The notes under the pieces: generated by a model | Told to the model about the DNA's origin: nothing | Databases searched by the model: none | The model's input: the letters and a program-made list of their open reading frames with translations, nothing else | Shown here: positions 1 through 11,761 of the stretch, in pieces | How positions within the stretch are numbered: the first letter of the stretch is position 1 | How the letters are laid out: each line of letters begins with the position of its first letter | Translations under genes and position numbers: made by a program | DNA from: Spirogloea muscicola | Lineage: Eukaryota | Direction: 5' to 3' | Length of the DNA stretch: 49,023 bases | NCBI GenBank assembly: GCA_009602725.1 | Contig: WELB01000019.1 | Span: forward strand, 383,982-433,004

Positions 1-198
1 CTGCGGGTCCGCTTCCTGGCCGCCCACAACCCCCGATGCCGCCGCCGCCGCCGTCGCCGCTGCCGCTGCCGAGGCCCGGCGCCGAGCCCCGCTCCGAGCG
101 GCAGCCGTGCGGGCTCCTCCTCGCTCGGCAGTCGTCGTGGTGGCCGCGGCGGACCCACTTGGGCCCTGCGGCTGACGGCCGCCTCCTGTCGCGCGCAG

Positions 199-867
199 AC
201 GCGGTACGTCATGAAGTATCGGCACTGCCAGGGCCAGCTCGTCCTCAAGGTCACCGACGACAACGTGGTGAGGCACGTGGGCTCGGCTGCAGCACCCTGT
301 GGCTGGCAGTGACAGGGCTAGGCCAGCTACAAGCTTGCCTGCGTCATGTCCGTGGCTTGCCGAGTGCCTCTTGCATCGCCTTCTACTAGTCCTTGTAGAC
401 AGAGCTTGTGCCGTAGAGCTCTCTGCAGCTCATGGAAGTCAGTGCGGAATGCGACTGCTCAGGGGATCAGTGTCAGTCTCTCTTTTCGATGTGCGTGCTC
501 GTTGCCTGAAGCTCTGGCACCCCTTGTGTGCCGTGGTTTGGCCTTCGCCTTGCAACATAGCAGTGCTTGAAGTACAAGACCGATCAGGCCCAAGACGCCA
601 GGAAGATGGAGAAGCTGAACAACCTCTTCTTCGCTCTCATGGCGCGAGGCCTTGATGGTGAGCTTCTTCCTTGTAGATGTTGAGTCCTTCAGACTATGAA
701 TCTGAGCACAAATAGATGTAAAGTATGAAACCTCCTGTAGCCAAACCGGCGATTGAAGTGACACGAGCTGATTCTTGACTATCTTGGCAGCTGTTGTTGA
801 GGAGGAAGTGGTTAAGGAGTTGCAACCACAACCCAGTGTGGGCAAGAAAGGCCGAAGGCGACAATGA
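199..867 (+). CDS. SRP9: Signal recognition particle 9 kDa protein, 5'-partial (first exon not found in window)
   Basis: GT-AG exons 199-267, 564-657 and 791-867 splice in frame to TRYVMKYRHCQGQLVLKVTDDNV/CLKYKTDQAQDARKMEKLNNLFFALMARGLD/AVVEEEVVKELQPQPSVGKKGRRRQ*, the typical plant SRP9 sequence. Confidence 0.93.
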
Positions 868-1354
868 TGTGTGTCAAGGAGGCCTTTAGACTGCATCATA
901 TTCGGGCGAATCTGAGCTCTAGTCATGTGAAGCTGGTGCTCACTCAGCTCTACTTTGGTTGGCCGAGTGTGACTAGTGTGGTGGTATTGTGGTCTGATCA
1001 GGGAAGCTGATGAGACCACAAGGGCTCGTTCACACTGTCTCCCCCCAATTATAAATGCCACACATACATGGGCGGGGTCATTATGGCGTAACTTTGAGAC
1101 CTCAGTGTGTTGGCATAGGCCAACCAATACGTCTTCTAGGTGCTTTCTGGTCTGCAGGACAACACTGATTCTCTAGAGCGGAGATGACAAAAGACAGGTG
1201 CTCTTTCACAGCAGGTTGTGTATCTGAGCGCATTTCGGGTTGATACCCAAATCAAGGTGGAACAGAAGAAGGCGACTCCAGTAATTCAACAAGATTTGAG
1301 CTCTTCTCTGAGCAACAAGTATGTATCATAAAAGCAATAAGTACTGTAATCAGT

Positions 1355-4300
1355 CTAGTCAGTGCTCCTGCCTCTTTGGGGCTTACTGCTGCCTTGCCCA
1401 AGGTGCTGAGTAACAAAGATTGCCGCCATTGCCACAATGAGGCACCCCAAGAGTGCGCTCAACAGCAATGCCCCCGGCTGGCGCCGCTGAACGTAGCCAT
1501 AGATACCAGCTGGCGTGACAACGATGAGGTCGTTCAGCCGGTCGTTGTTGAAGTCAGCTATGATGATGGGTTCAGTTGGCCCTACAGGGAGGTAGATGCT
1601 TGCTTCCCGTCTGCCACCTGCATATAGATGATAGTACAGTCAGTAGATACCCAGTAGGCACGACGGCTGCTCAATTGATTCCAAACAAAGGCGCCAATAG
1701 CAGCTGACTAAGCAGTGTAAATTTTGTATTCTTAGTACCTGCCGAAAGGATAAATGCTTCTGCATCTCCAGCCGCCAAAATCACCTCTGGCGGGCCGGCA
1801 GCCCGCAAGGGCATGGCAGCCAGGGTGGGCACCACCTGGATGAAGCAAACACAGTGCTGGTCATCAGTAGTCGAGCACATGGACAAACATGCAGCAGTTA
1901 ATGTATCTTCGTTGCTAATGTCGTGAAAGAGTAGCAGTAGTCATTGCCTACTCTTGCACGCTCTAGTGACCACAGTGCTGGGCGCCCAGGACTTTCACCT
2001 CATGACTTGCCATCCCAGATGGTAACGGGGTGTGGGTACCCCAGCCAGCACCTGTGCGGACCTGCCATCGCATTCGCCCATGATGCGAGCTGTCCTTTGG
2101 ATGCAATGCCCCAGCTGTGTATGCTGTCACCTGTCACAGCCAAGACAACGCCAATCATTACACTGGAGCCACACATTTGGGTCATCATTAAAAGAAGGTG
2201 GTACAGCATTACTTTCAGTAACAAGATCAGAAGCAACTTGACTTGCTCACTACCTCTCCCAGACTTGTGAGGAAGATCACGTCCCCGTGGCTGCCCCTCC
2301 TGTGACGATGACGGTCCTTGCGAGGGAGCAGAATAGGAGTCGCAACCTCAATGGGCCCCTGATTCTCTCCTGCACTCCTGCTAGCACCGTGAATGACCAG
2401 ACATCGTGTGCAGATTTGTCACACAATGCCCATCTCAAGGAGCAAAGCTGCTATAGATCCACCTTGCAGCTTAATGAGGAAACAAGCCCCACAGAAAGGC
2501 CATCAAAAGATGATGACAAACTGCATATCTATGCCTTAATCAGTCATGACAACTTGAGTACGTTGGGCATGCACGTTGAAAATCACAAGCACAAACCTAC
2601 CCAAAGGCTCGCGAAGCAAATTCAGCTTGCAGCGTGTGCTGCTGATGACGACAGATGGAGCCATTGAAGAGCTGTTCCCGCACCGGAACTCCTGACATTG
2701 CGACAGCCCAGCAGGGCCTGGCTTCACCTGACTCAGCAAAGTACAGCTGGTCTGCTCCATTGGCTCCTGAAGCCTGGTGGAAAGGAGTCCAATGGCAGTA
2801 TTAGACTTGAGAACTTATAATCATTGTGTTGGATATGCTGTTCAGCTGCTGCTTTAAGTAATGCAGGGTTGAGTCGACAGGCGCCACAACTGACGCGCAC
2901 TACCAGAAGCTTCAGGCTTAACCTTAGCTTTCACACCTGAATATGATCAAGGACTCCGTCACCGTTCACATCGGCATGTAGACCCCCTGCCGTGAGATGG
3001 AGCTGTCATTGTGCAGAATCACGCCAGCGTCAGCTACCTTGGTTGTCTTGCACTCTTTCAGACGTAAGCTTCGACATAATACCAGGTATACAATAATACA
3101 AAGCATATGAGCGTATGAAGCGAATGAGCATCACAGCACGTACTCGCAATGGGTCGACAAAACCACTTCTTAGACTTTGCAAAGCAGCAATGTCACACAC
3201 TGCAGATGTGCTAGAGGTATCAATACGAAGTCAGCAGAACATCACCTTGCAGATGGTGCGACCAGTGTACAAGTGCACAGCTTCGATGCCCTCCTGCAGG
3301 TGAGCGACGATGGCATTGGGTGCCCACCACGAGTTGTAGTTCTCACCATGGCTGAAGCGGTCGATCCGCTGGTAAACCAGGAATGCACAATGCATTAGAT
3401 CAATGCAAGTGGTCTACAGTCGATATTAGTCAACGATCTCCACAAGACCCACCAGCACGTGCTCCTGGTAATGACTCTCCCGCCTGACCTTGGATGACTT
3501 CATGGCAAGGTCCAAGGCCTTCCCCAAGGCATGGGCCACCTTGTTGTTTGCATCCTTGCCAGGCACCAGCTTCCCGTGTGGGTGCTGCTTTCCTTGGAGC
3601 TTGTGGTGCCTCCGGCGGTGCTTGTGGAAGTGGGCCAGCTCGAATCTGGTGTCCCCTCGCCTCTCCTGTCAAGAGAGAGTGTCAGCAGCAGGTGTCATGT
3701 GGAACATAGATCAAGCCTTTCTATCAAAAGTAAATGATGCAAGACTACATGTTGACCAGGTATCTCATGCGTCAATTACAACCCATGCCTCAGTATGTTA
3801 AGAAGGCAACGGGAGTGACAGCAACTCACCCAACGGTGGGGCAAAGCTCCCAGTACAGATTCTCGGTAATCACGACATGCAACCTGTGCAAGGCAGCAAT
3901 TGTGGCCAAAATTCAGATACCAGCAGCAAGGTTGACCTTGATGACCTGAATCATTCGCCATCTCTGATTCGTGAAACATCAACACTTAATGTAATTGTAC
4001 GTTTGTCAATGCGTATCACTGCCCCTCCATCAGAACAAGTTGGTCACGAGTACTCCTACATCTTCCAGCGTTTTGACAGATTTGTGATTTTCACAGGTCA
4101 CATTGATGCAGTGTATTCGCACTGCATCAATGCAGATCAGTGCCTTCGCCGATCAAAAGCACGAAGCTGAGAAGCTTGTAAAACATTTCTTACCTCCCCA
4201 TAATGGCGATTGTTGAGAGCAGCAGCATCTAGCTTGTAATTGTGTTGTGGCAGCAGCTGTTGACTCAAGGCTGTCACGTCCCTGTGAAAGTCCTGGACGA

Positions 4301-6263
4301 TGAAGCATACTGGCAAAGATAAGCATGAGCTTGCAATACCTTGTATTATCACATGTGCGACCGCTGAAGCAGAAAGCTGCCACGCTGGACATCCCTGTGG
4401 GAGCTGGGCATAGTTGCGCAGACAGACACATGCTCCCACGGCCCTTTGTCTCGAAGCGTACATTGCCAGCAGTATGTGGCACTCTATATTGCAATGAAGC
4501 TCAGGAGATTAGCAAATAAACCTGGCTTTCGTGCTTCCAGCGCAGAAGCCCTGACTTGCCAGCATAAGTGTAGTAGGAAAAGTGACGCTCCTTCCCTCCT
4601 CCACCTCTTTTGCTGACATCTTCTAAATCCTGCAGGTAAAGGAGGGAAGACAGGCTGGTCAAGAGCGAGCACCTTCTACCAGCATCGTCCTGGCACATTA
4701 GAGAATGCTAAGGCCTTAATACCTCGGATTTGGAAGCAGTATGACGATGTTTTTCCAGGTCTGCTTCAATCGCTTCCTCTTCTTCAAATGGGTCCAGTAA
4801 AGCCTGCTCCACAGAGCAGGAGGTGAGGAGGATCCAGATGACAAGAGGTTGCTTTGTCAGGTGCAGTATCGTTGTTTAGAAGCTACACATAAAAAGGCCC
4901 AGACTGCTAATAGGAACTATCGTGGAAGATGATCACACGGACAAAGAAACTGTATATATAGTATGATGTCTAATAGAGGCTCCAAGTCCGACTGTTCACA
5001 GGCTCTACACTGTACCTGAGGCTGCACCTCCATGCTTCCTCCAACGATCACAGCCCCAACATCACCATGGCGCATAGAGTAGTTCGATATCAGAATAGAG
5101 ACTTCCTTGTGGTGAGCCCCATGTGGAAAGTCATCCTGAAGAACATGGGTTGCTGTGAGTCAGTCATTGATTATAGACCAACATAATGAGCTCTGTCAAG
5201 GGAGCATGTTAGGTAAACTCGAATCCTCTGCTCATATTTCACCATTTAAAAAAATCATTACTTCATGCTGTGCTACAACTTCAGAGGTCCTTCCAGGCAT
5301 GCCATCCAGGCTGGTCGGTGCCTAGACAGCACTCATGAGAGACTATACACATGGAGATTCAAATACGGAGGCTTTGCAGCTGAGTGGATAACGTGCTTGT
5401 CCTCACCTGGACACTGTTCTCCCAGAGCAGCTTCAGATTGTGGTCAAAGCACAGTATAGACCAGCCTGCTGTGACGACAACCAGGATCTGCTTCCTCCTG
5501 GTCTTCATGCCGGGAAGGTAGGGCTCCAAGAAGCCGGTGGCCATGGCCACTGGCCGTCTTCCGGCGGCCACCCGAACCTTGTCGGGAAGGAGAGACACTT
5601 CCCCGAGGAGGCGAGCATCTCTGAATGACTCGTCACGGAAGGACGGCTGGGGTTCTATGACCTGCTTGTGGCATACAGAAAATGGTCAGACATACTCAAT
5701 GGGCTCCCGAGTAGCTAATGACAAATCAAGGCAAGCTATATGACTGCAAGCCACCAACGTCCCTGTCACAGCAGAATGCACAGGATGCAAGCCTCTCTCT
5801 GTGGATAATGCTTCTGGACGATTCGGTATAAAGTATGCAGCAAAAGGATTTACAAGCTTCGCAGTGAATGACATTGGTGCTGACCTCTATTGTTGCTGCA
5901 TGAGTGGCAATCAAAACCTCGCTGCGTCCATCGCCGTTGAGATCGGCCACAATGGGCGCCGGTAGGCGCTCGGTTTCATGTGTGATTGGGGTTGCGCCAT
6001 CGTTGGGGTGGTACCAGGCCTCCCGAAAGGAGAAGGTCCCCTCGTGCTGTCATTTCACAATCCTTCTAATCAACTGATTTGACGAAACAAAGCTTCAAAT
6101 GATGGGGGATTCTCCTACTACATCTGCCACTGCATATTGACCTTCTTAGCTGCAAAGAGCGTAATTGTATCTCAAAACAAATCATGTGTCAATCATGCAC
6201 CTGGAGCGAGAAGAAGACGGCGAAGACGGCCAGCAGAAGTATCGCCAAGTCGCGCTTCCTCAT
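1355..6263 (-). CDS. NERD1: FG-GAP repeat type-I membrane protein, NERD1-like (multi-exon)
   Basis: ATG at 6263 gives MRKRDLAILLLAVFAVFFSLQ/HEGTFSFREAWYH. FG-GAP motifs ADLNGDGRSEV, ADVNGDGVLDH and ADFNNDRLND are present, also EVATPILLPRKDRHRHRRGSHGDVIFL and a C-terminal TM segment GALLLSALLGCLIVAMAAIFVTQHL. Stop at 1355-1357. Resembles the Arabidopsis FG-GAP protein NERD1 (from memory). Confidence 0.88.
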
Positions 6264-6696
6264 CGTGCACCCTGGGCTGAGGAGCCCTCAGCCCCTGGGG
6301 GCCGGGCCCCGCTCGAGCGATCCAAGCAGTCCAGCGGACGTCCTCAGCTCCCAGCAAAGGCCGCGACAATGGCTTCTGCCCGCGCCAGCTCCAACCTTGG
6401 ACGAGGCCTCGTTGCAGGACGCGGGAGGCTCCGGCTGCAAAGCCATGGACGCCGACACGTTGGTGGTCTCAGAGGACAGCGCCTGGGGGCCAAGCTGCAG
6501 CTGACCATCCAGGGCAGAACGGTGGCAGTGGCCTCCAAGCCGTCGGACTCGAGAGCTCTGCGACGTCAGTATGGCGTCCGCCGCCATGCCGAGCGCCGCC
6601 GGCCGCGCCGGAGCCGGCATGGACGGCTCCTGACGCCGCCGGGCCACAACGCAGGACCAGCCAGTGGAGCTTCCCACCGAGACAGGCGTCTGTAGA

Positions 6697-6704
6697 CCGC
6701 CGCT

Positions 6705-6742
<38 letters not shown>
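6697..6742. repeat. (GCC)n microsatellite in the 5' region of the NERD1-like gene
   Basis: About 15 near-perfect GCC units are directly visible. Confidence 0.9.
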
Positions 6743-6783
6743 GACGCGCGCCAGTCGTCGTCGCGCTGCCTTACCCTAGGCCA

Positions 6784-6791
6784 AAACCCTA
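6784..6791. promoter_or_regulatory. Telo-box (AAACCCTA) upstream of the NERD1-like gene
   Basis: Exact AAACCCTA, with a second ACCCTA about 10 bp away, just upstream of the GC-rich leader. Confidence 0.55.
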
Positions 6792-7273
6792 AAGTATGCG
6801 CACAATTTACCTGTGCGGTATTCCACTTCTCCACGCTTACTGACTTGCCAGCTGCCGCCGCTGCCCTTCACAGCCCGAAATTTGCCTTTGGGCTGTAAGC
6901 AAGAGCCTTCCGATCCATGAGGCAACGACGGTCTCGGTAGCGAAGGCCGGCGCAGCGGATGGATTGTGATAAGCCTTTGGGGTGGCCATGAGCATGCTCA
7001 TAAGCACCTGGCGGATGCCCGTACCACGTCCCCTTTATGCATTTACGATGTGATTACAATGTCAATGCTGGTCAGGAGCTACTGTGCAAACAGCCAGAAA
7101 ATGTACTTGTGCCTCATGCGAAGCTGATAGATTTTGTGACCTAGTGCTCCACAGCCGCTGAGCTAGCATACGTAGTGTAGACACTGTACAATGTAGAGCT
7201 ACTATGTAGAAGTTGCAATGTATCTTAAATAATATACTATATGTGTGGCGAAGTGTAATGTGGGGCTAGTGGA

Positions 7274-8285
7274 TCAAGACACTGTCGACCCTTCATTTTC
7301 GCTTAGAGAGGGCTGTAGCTGCCGTCCAGCCCATTGCGCTAAGCTGGCAGTTTGTGCTCTGTTGAGGTGTGCCCTTGGACGCACTTGGCAGATTTTGCGC
7401 AGAGCATCATCTGTGGATGCAGCCAGCTTGGCAGCCACGAGTATGGCACAGAGGACTGTCACGCTGCGGCCGTGCCCTGAGGACAGGACACCAGGATGGG
7501 TCAGTTCTGGTGGCGCTTCTGATGTACCACTTACAGAGGAAAGCACAGTCATTGCCCTTGAATATGGAAATGGCATGTGGCTGATCAGAAACACAGTAAG
7601 GGCGTTAGCAATGCCGCGCAGCTACTTGAAGTATCCATCATAGAAGCCCATATTGAACACGACAGAAAAATTGCGCACTGGCAAAACCAGGACTGTCATG
7701 GGGGCCTCCGCTGGTCAAGCTTATGCTCAGCAAGCAGTGGGAGACCTCACCGAAGGCGCAATGGACGAAGACGTCGCGCTTGGCCACGCGGTCCAGCGCC
7801 CACTGCACGCCCTTCTGTATCTGCTCCGGTGACGGCGCGCGCGTGTCCCACACCGGCAGGCACAGGTACTCACGGTCCATCAGGGATGGCGTGCGGCTGA
7901 GCTCGCAGGTGCAGTCGATGACAGCAACGTCGCCGGGCGGGACGTCCTTGGCGGCGGATGGCCAACCGCCGACGTAGAAGCCGTCCGCCACCTTATTGTA
8001 GACGGCCTCGTCCGTCGCCAGCCGCCTGAGGAGGACGTAGAGGCGCAGCGGGATCTGGTATGGCCAGAAGAGGATGTACGACGCCAGCGGGAGGCGGCCC
8101 GAGGGGCCCTTCCAGAAGAGCGCGGTGAAGTTGACGGCCGGCAGCGCCGCCACGGCGGCCTGGGTGGCCACCACGATCGCCTGAATCAGGGCGATCAGCA
8201 GCGGCAGCGGGGCGGTGGCCCTCAGGGCCAGGAAGGCGGCGAAGGCCGCCGCGCCCGCCGTGGCGACGACGGCGGAGATGTCCAT
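7274..8285 (-). CDS. Membrane-anchored atypical dual-specificity protein phosphatase (YnbD-like)
   Basis: Exon 1 (8285-7751) joined to exon 2 (7476-7274) via GT-AG restores the catalytic VFVHCAFGHGRS (Cx5R). Also YVGGWP, VIDCTCE and CLPVWDTRAP motifs and a hydrophobic N-terminus. Confidence 0.88.
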
Positions 8286-8390
8286 CGGGCCAGCTTCGGG
8301 CCGCTGCCGCCGCGTTACTGCCTGCGCCGAGCAGGCCCTGGCAGGCCGCGGCGCGCCATGGCTACCACAGAGCTTTCCGACTGCAGCCTG

Positions 8391-8412
8391 AACCCTAAAC
8401 CCTAACCCCTAA
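8391..8412. promoter_or_regulatory. Tandem telo-boxes (AACCCTAAACCCTAACCCCTAA) upstream of the phosphatase gene
   Basis: About three plant telomere-like units roughly 110 bp upstream of the ATG. Confidence 0.6.
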
Positions 8413-9761
8413 GCCACCAACCCGCGGCCGTCGCCAGCTCCGCCGTCCGTCCGCGCGGACGGCGACCGGGCGCAGCCTCGCATAGGCCCGGCACAGCGAG
8501 CCACAGCCCCAGCACGACACGCCCTCCGCGATTGAGATCAATCAGCCGCGGCGGCGCTTAGCAAGCGGCGCCGATCGCTGCGGGGAATGCGGCGGGAGGC
8601 GCGGCGCCAGTGGCGGCGGAGGTCGCGGCGGGCAGCGCGGCCAGGCGTTGCGAGAAGCTGGGGCTTGCCCGTCGTTCGGCAGCCATTGGGCGAGAAGGCC
8701 GCTTTGCCGTCTCGTCCCGACGACGCCAGTGTTCCATCTCGGTCTGCCGATTTGGCACGTCACTCATTGGGGCCAGCGGGGGTCCCACGGTCGCCGCCCA
8801 CAACCCCGCAGTGCTGAAGCTGCAGGCCCTCCTGCCTGCAGCTTCAGCATAATGACAGTGACGCTCTATAGACGTAGGATGACTGCTTCAGTAGACGCCG
8901 ATTGATTGGCCAGCCCAGGAAAAAGAATGAGTCGAAATTGAAGCGGCCAGAAAAGCGCTAAGGCACACAGCGACTCAGGTGGCCACTGGGTGCTCAATAA
9001 TCTGAGCAGCCGCGGGTCAGGAAAACTAGCAGGTCCCTGAGTATAGCCAGAGGCTGCAGCCAAAGCGCGACCAGCACGCAGCTGCAACGCGTGTGCCATT
9101 GACGGGGCAATGGCTGCGAAAGGCTGTAGAGCTGGCTGGCAGGACTAGCATAAAGGAGAGATTGCAGGAATATCTGGGCAGGATGTCGCCAGCAAAGGAG
9201 GGCCAAAATTGTTGAGGCCAGTTGAAGCATGTCCTAAGTGCGTAAAGGTTGACAAGGGTCCTCAAGGTAGGCAGTTGCAGCAAATACTTAGGAATAGACA
9301 GAGTTGGCAGACGAGAGCACAATGCTCTCAGTTCTGCCAGGCAAGCTGGCCTACTCCAGAAGGGTTGTGGCTTGAGGAGGAGTCGAGAGACTTGTTACCC
9401 AGTAGAGAGACTTGTGACAAGCTATGAGCAATAGCAAGCATGACCGAGGGGGCCTGTGACTCCAGATCCACGGTGGCTTGACGGCAGTTCCACCGGGAGA
9501 AGTGACAAGGTTGAGTTGACAAGAGCAAGCAAAGTGTGCTCCAGGAGCAGCCACCAACAGGCTGGTAAGCAAACGCACAATGTCTTGCTGCTGGAAGACA
9601 CTTTGGAGCGGATGGCTGGCAATTTAGCTGCAAGTCAATGCTCCAAGCGAGCTCCTTCAGGTGTCATGCAAGGTGCTCTCATCCACCCAGCATGATGAGC
9701 AGGTGTCATCACCTTATAATCTTCAGCCGCTTGGACAAGAAGAGAAAGTTGATTCGGCACT

Positions 9762-11052
9762 TCATGGGCTTGTTTCAAAATTCTCTGGGCTGTCATCAAG
9801 CTGCTTAGGATCCTCAACCTGAACCTCGAGGATTTCCTGCAGTCAAGTAACAAATCTTACAGTTAGGGTGCTTATCAGGCACAGGGTGCAACTACTGCCA
9901 CTTCAGTTCAAAACAGCAGTGCGTTGGGGTGTCTGACTGCGCTGAGCTGTACACTTAGCTGCTGCAGTGTTCAGCCACAGCAACGTGCAACAGTACATGT
10001 CTGGTTTCTTCGGGTACTTAATCAGTCTCACAGTCAGGTACTTGGATGATCTCACAGGTATTCTCTTCTGCAAGAAGTTGCCAAGTCGAGCAAGGACCAT
10101 GGAGCGCTCATGCCAAAAACGTCCTTGCAGCTTAATAGTCACAAAGGGCCCATCTAACTCAGCAAGTTCTGCCACTCCTGCAACAATTGAACGCAGAACT
10201 CGATTAGCAGCTGCACCTCCAAGGTCTAACTGTTGCAGTCTGAGCACAAATCATGCTTAATAGCCAGGACATTGGTCAGGTGACGAAGGACGGAAGACTA
10301 TGTAGGTAGGACATCTAAGCTGAATTGAGGGTTGTAAGTGAGAAGGAAAGGCAATGAAATGCAAGGAGGTGGTGACAGAGGTTCCACAATATAGAACTGA
10401 CCAGTAATGCCCACGGAGGTGTCAAAAAGCTGAGCCAACTGCAGGAGCAAATAAAGAACGTCACCTCTCACAGCACCATTGAATGATACTCTAAGTCGTG
10501 ATGCGCAAGCCCAGAAGGGAACTAAACAAGCAGTGAAAGACTGTTGAGCTCTAGGAAAGTGGAATGCATGATCCTCGGTATTATCAAGCGCAGAGATGCA
10601 CTGCGAATACGGGTATTGACAGCGCACTTGCTATTACGTACCTGCTCTAACTTGGCACTAAGTAAAGCTCAACGAAAAGCTTCACTGGTTTGTATGAGTG
10701 TAGGGTCGAAATAGGTCAGAGTGACTGAACAAGAGGACCACCAAGAGCTTAGGCCGCATACCTCAGAGCGGGCCTCCAAGAGCACCTTCTCAACGTTCTC
10801 TTCCGTGAGGTCCAGTGGAGGTCCAGCTGGTGTGCATTGCGGGAGCACCAGTTGTCTGCATTGCCAGGTGCGCACAAGAGCCGGCTCCCAGCGGCTGCCT
10901 CGGCTGCAGAGCGCCGACTTCCTCCGACGAGCTGGGCCAGCGCAGGCGGACGCACGCATGGCGGTGTCGGGGTGGAGTGGAGTCCGAGTGACGCGCGCCG
11001 GAAGCGATGGGCCATGGACGAGCCCCGGCGAGGCCGCAACTGCGGTGCCCAT
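9762..11052 (-). CDS. Plastid-targeted NifU C-terminal-like domain protein of unknown function
   Basis: Four exons give a transit-peptide-like N-terminus plus PLDLTEENVEKVLLEARSE/LAQLFDTSVGITG/VAELAELDGPFVTIKLQGRFWHERSMVLARLGNFLQKRIP/EILEVQVEDPKQLDDSPENFETSP*. NFU-like fold signature. Confidence 0.82.
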
Positions 11053-11529
11053 CAAGAGGCTCCTCCAAGGCTCGACGGCCCAACGACGGTGTCTAACGGC
11101 GGGGCAAGTCCACGCAACGTCCTCCAGAGCTCTGGTTGCGACCGTGGTGTCTCAGACCGCCGCGACGAGTCCGGTCTTGCGACGCCGCTGCAGGCGCTCG
11201 ATGTCGGCGCCGGTCGTCTCAAGAGGCAGCTCGCCAGGCTCAGCCTGCCACAGCTGCGGTGAGACGGGCTCGCGGGAGCCAGCCGTGGCCGCCATGGCCG
11301 CCATGGCGTTCTCCGGGTGCAGCAAGCGCCAGGCAGGCCTTCGGGATTTGGGGTTTAACCTCTGTTACCGACAAACTAGCGGCGGCTGCCGCCGTTAAGA
11401 GGCAAATTGGCTCACGGGCAGCGTCTGCCCTCGCCAGAGGTCTCCCGAGTCGGCACTGGCTGACGTGACCTTAACCGCAGACGCAAGCGGGAAGTTAGAG
11501 CGAAGTAAGCGCCGGCCCACCGAGCCGCC

Positions 11530-11720
11530 ATGGCCCCCGTGCTGCGGCCGCGCGGGCGCGGCACGCCGGCGCCGTCGCCGGCGGCGGCGGCGGTCTCACC
11601 AAATGGTGCCGACGAGGAGGTGGGGCTCGCGGGCGAGGTCGAGGAGGACGGCAAGGGCGCGGCGGCGCCGGGCGAGTTAGATGGCAGCGGGGATGTCGGC
11701 GACGGCGACGGCGGCGGTGG

Positions 11721-11761
<41 letters not shown>

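Noticed and set aside
459..1127. 222-aa minus-strand ORF
   Set aside because: It is antisense to SRP9 exons and UTR, with no recognisable motif.
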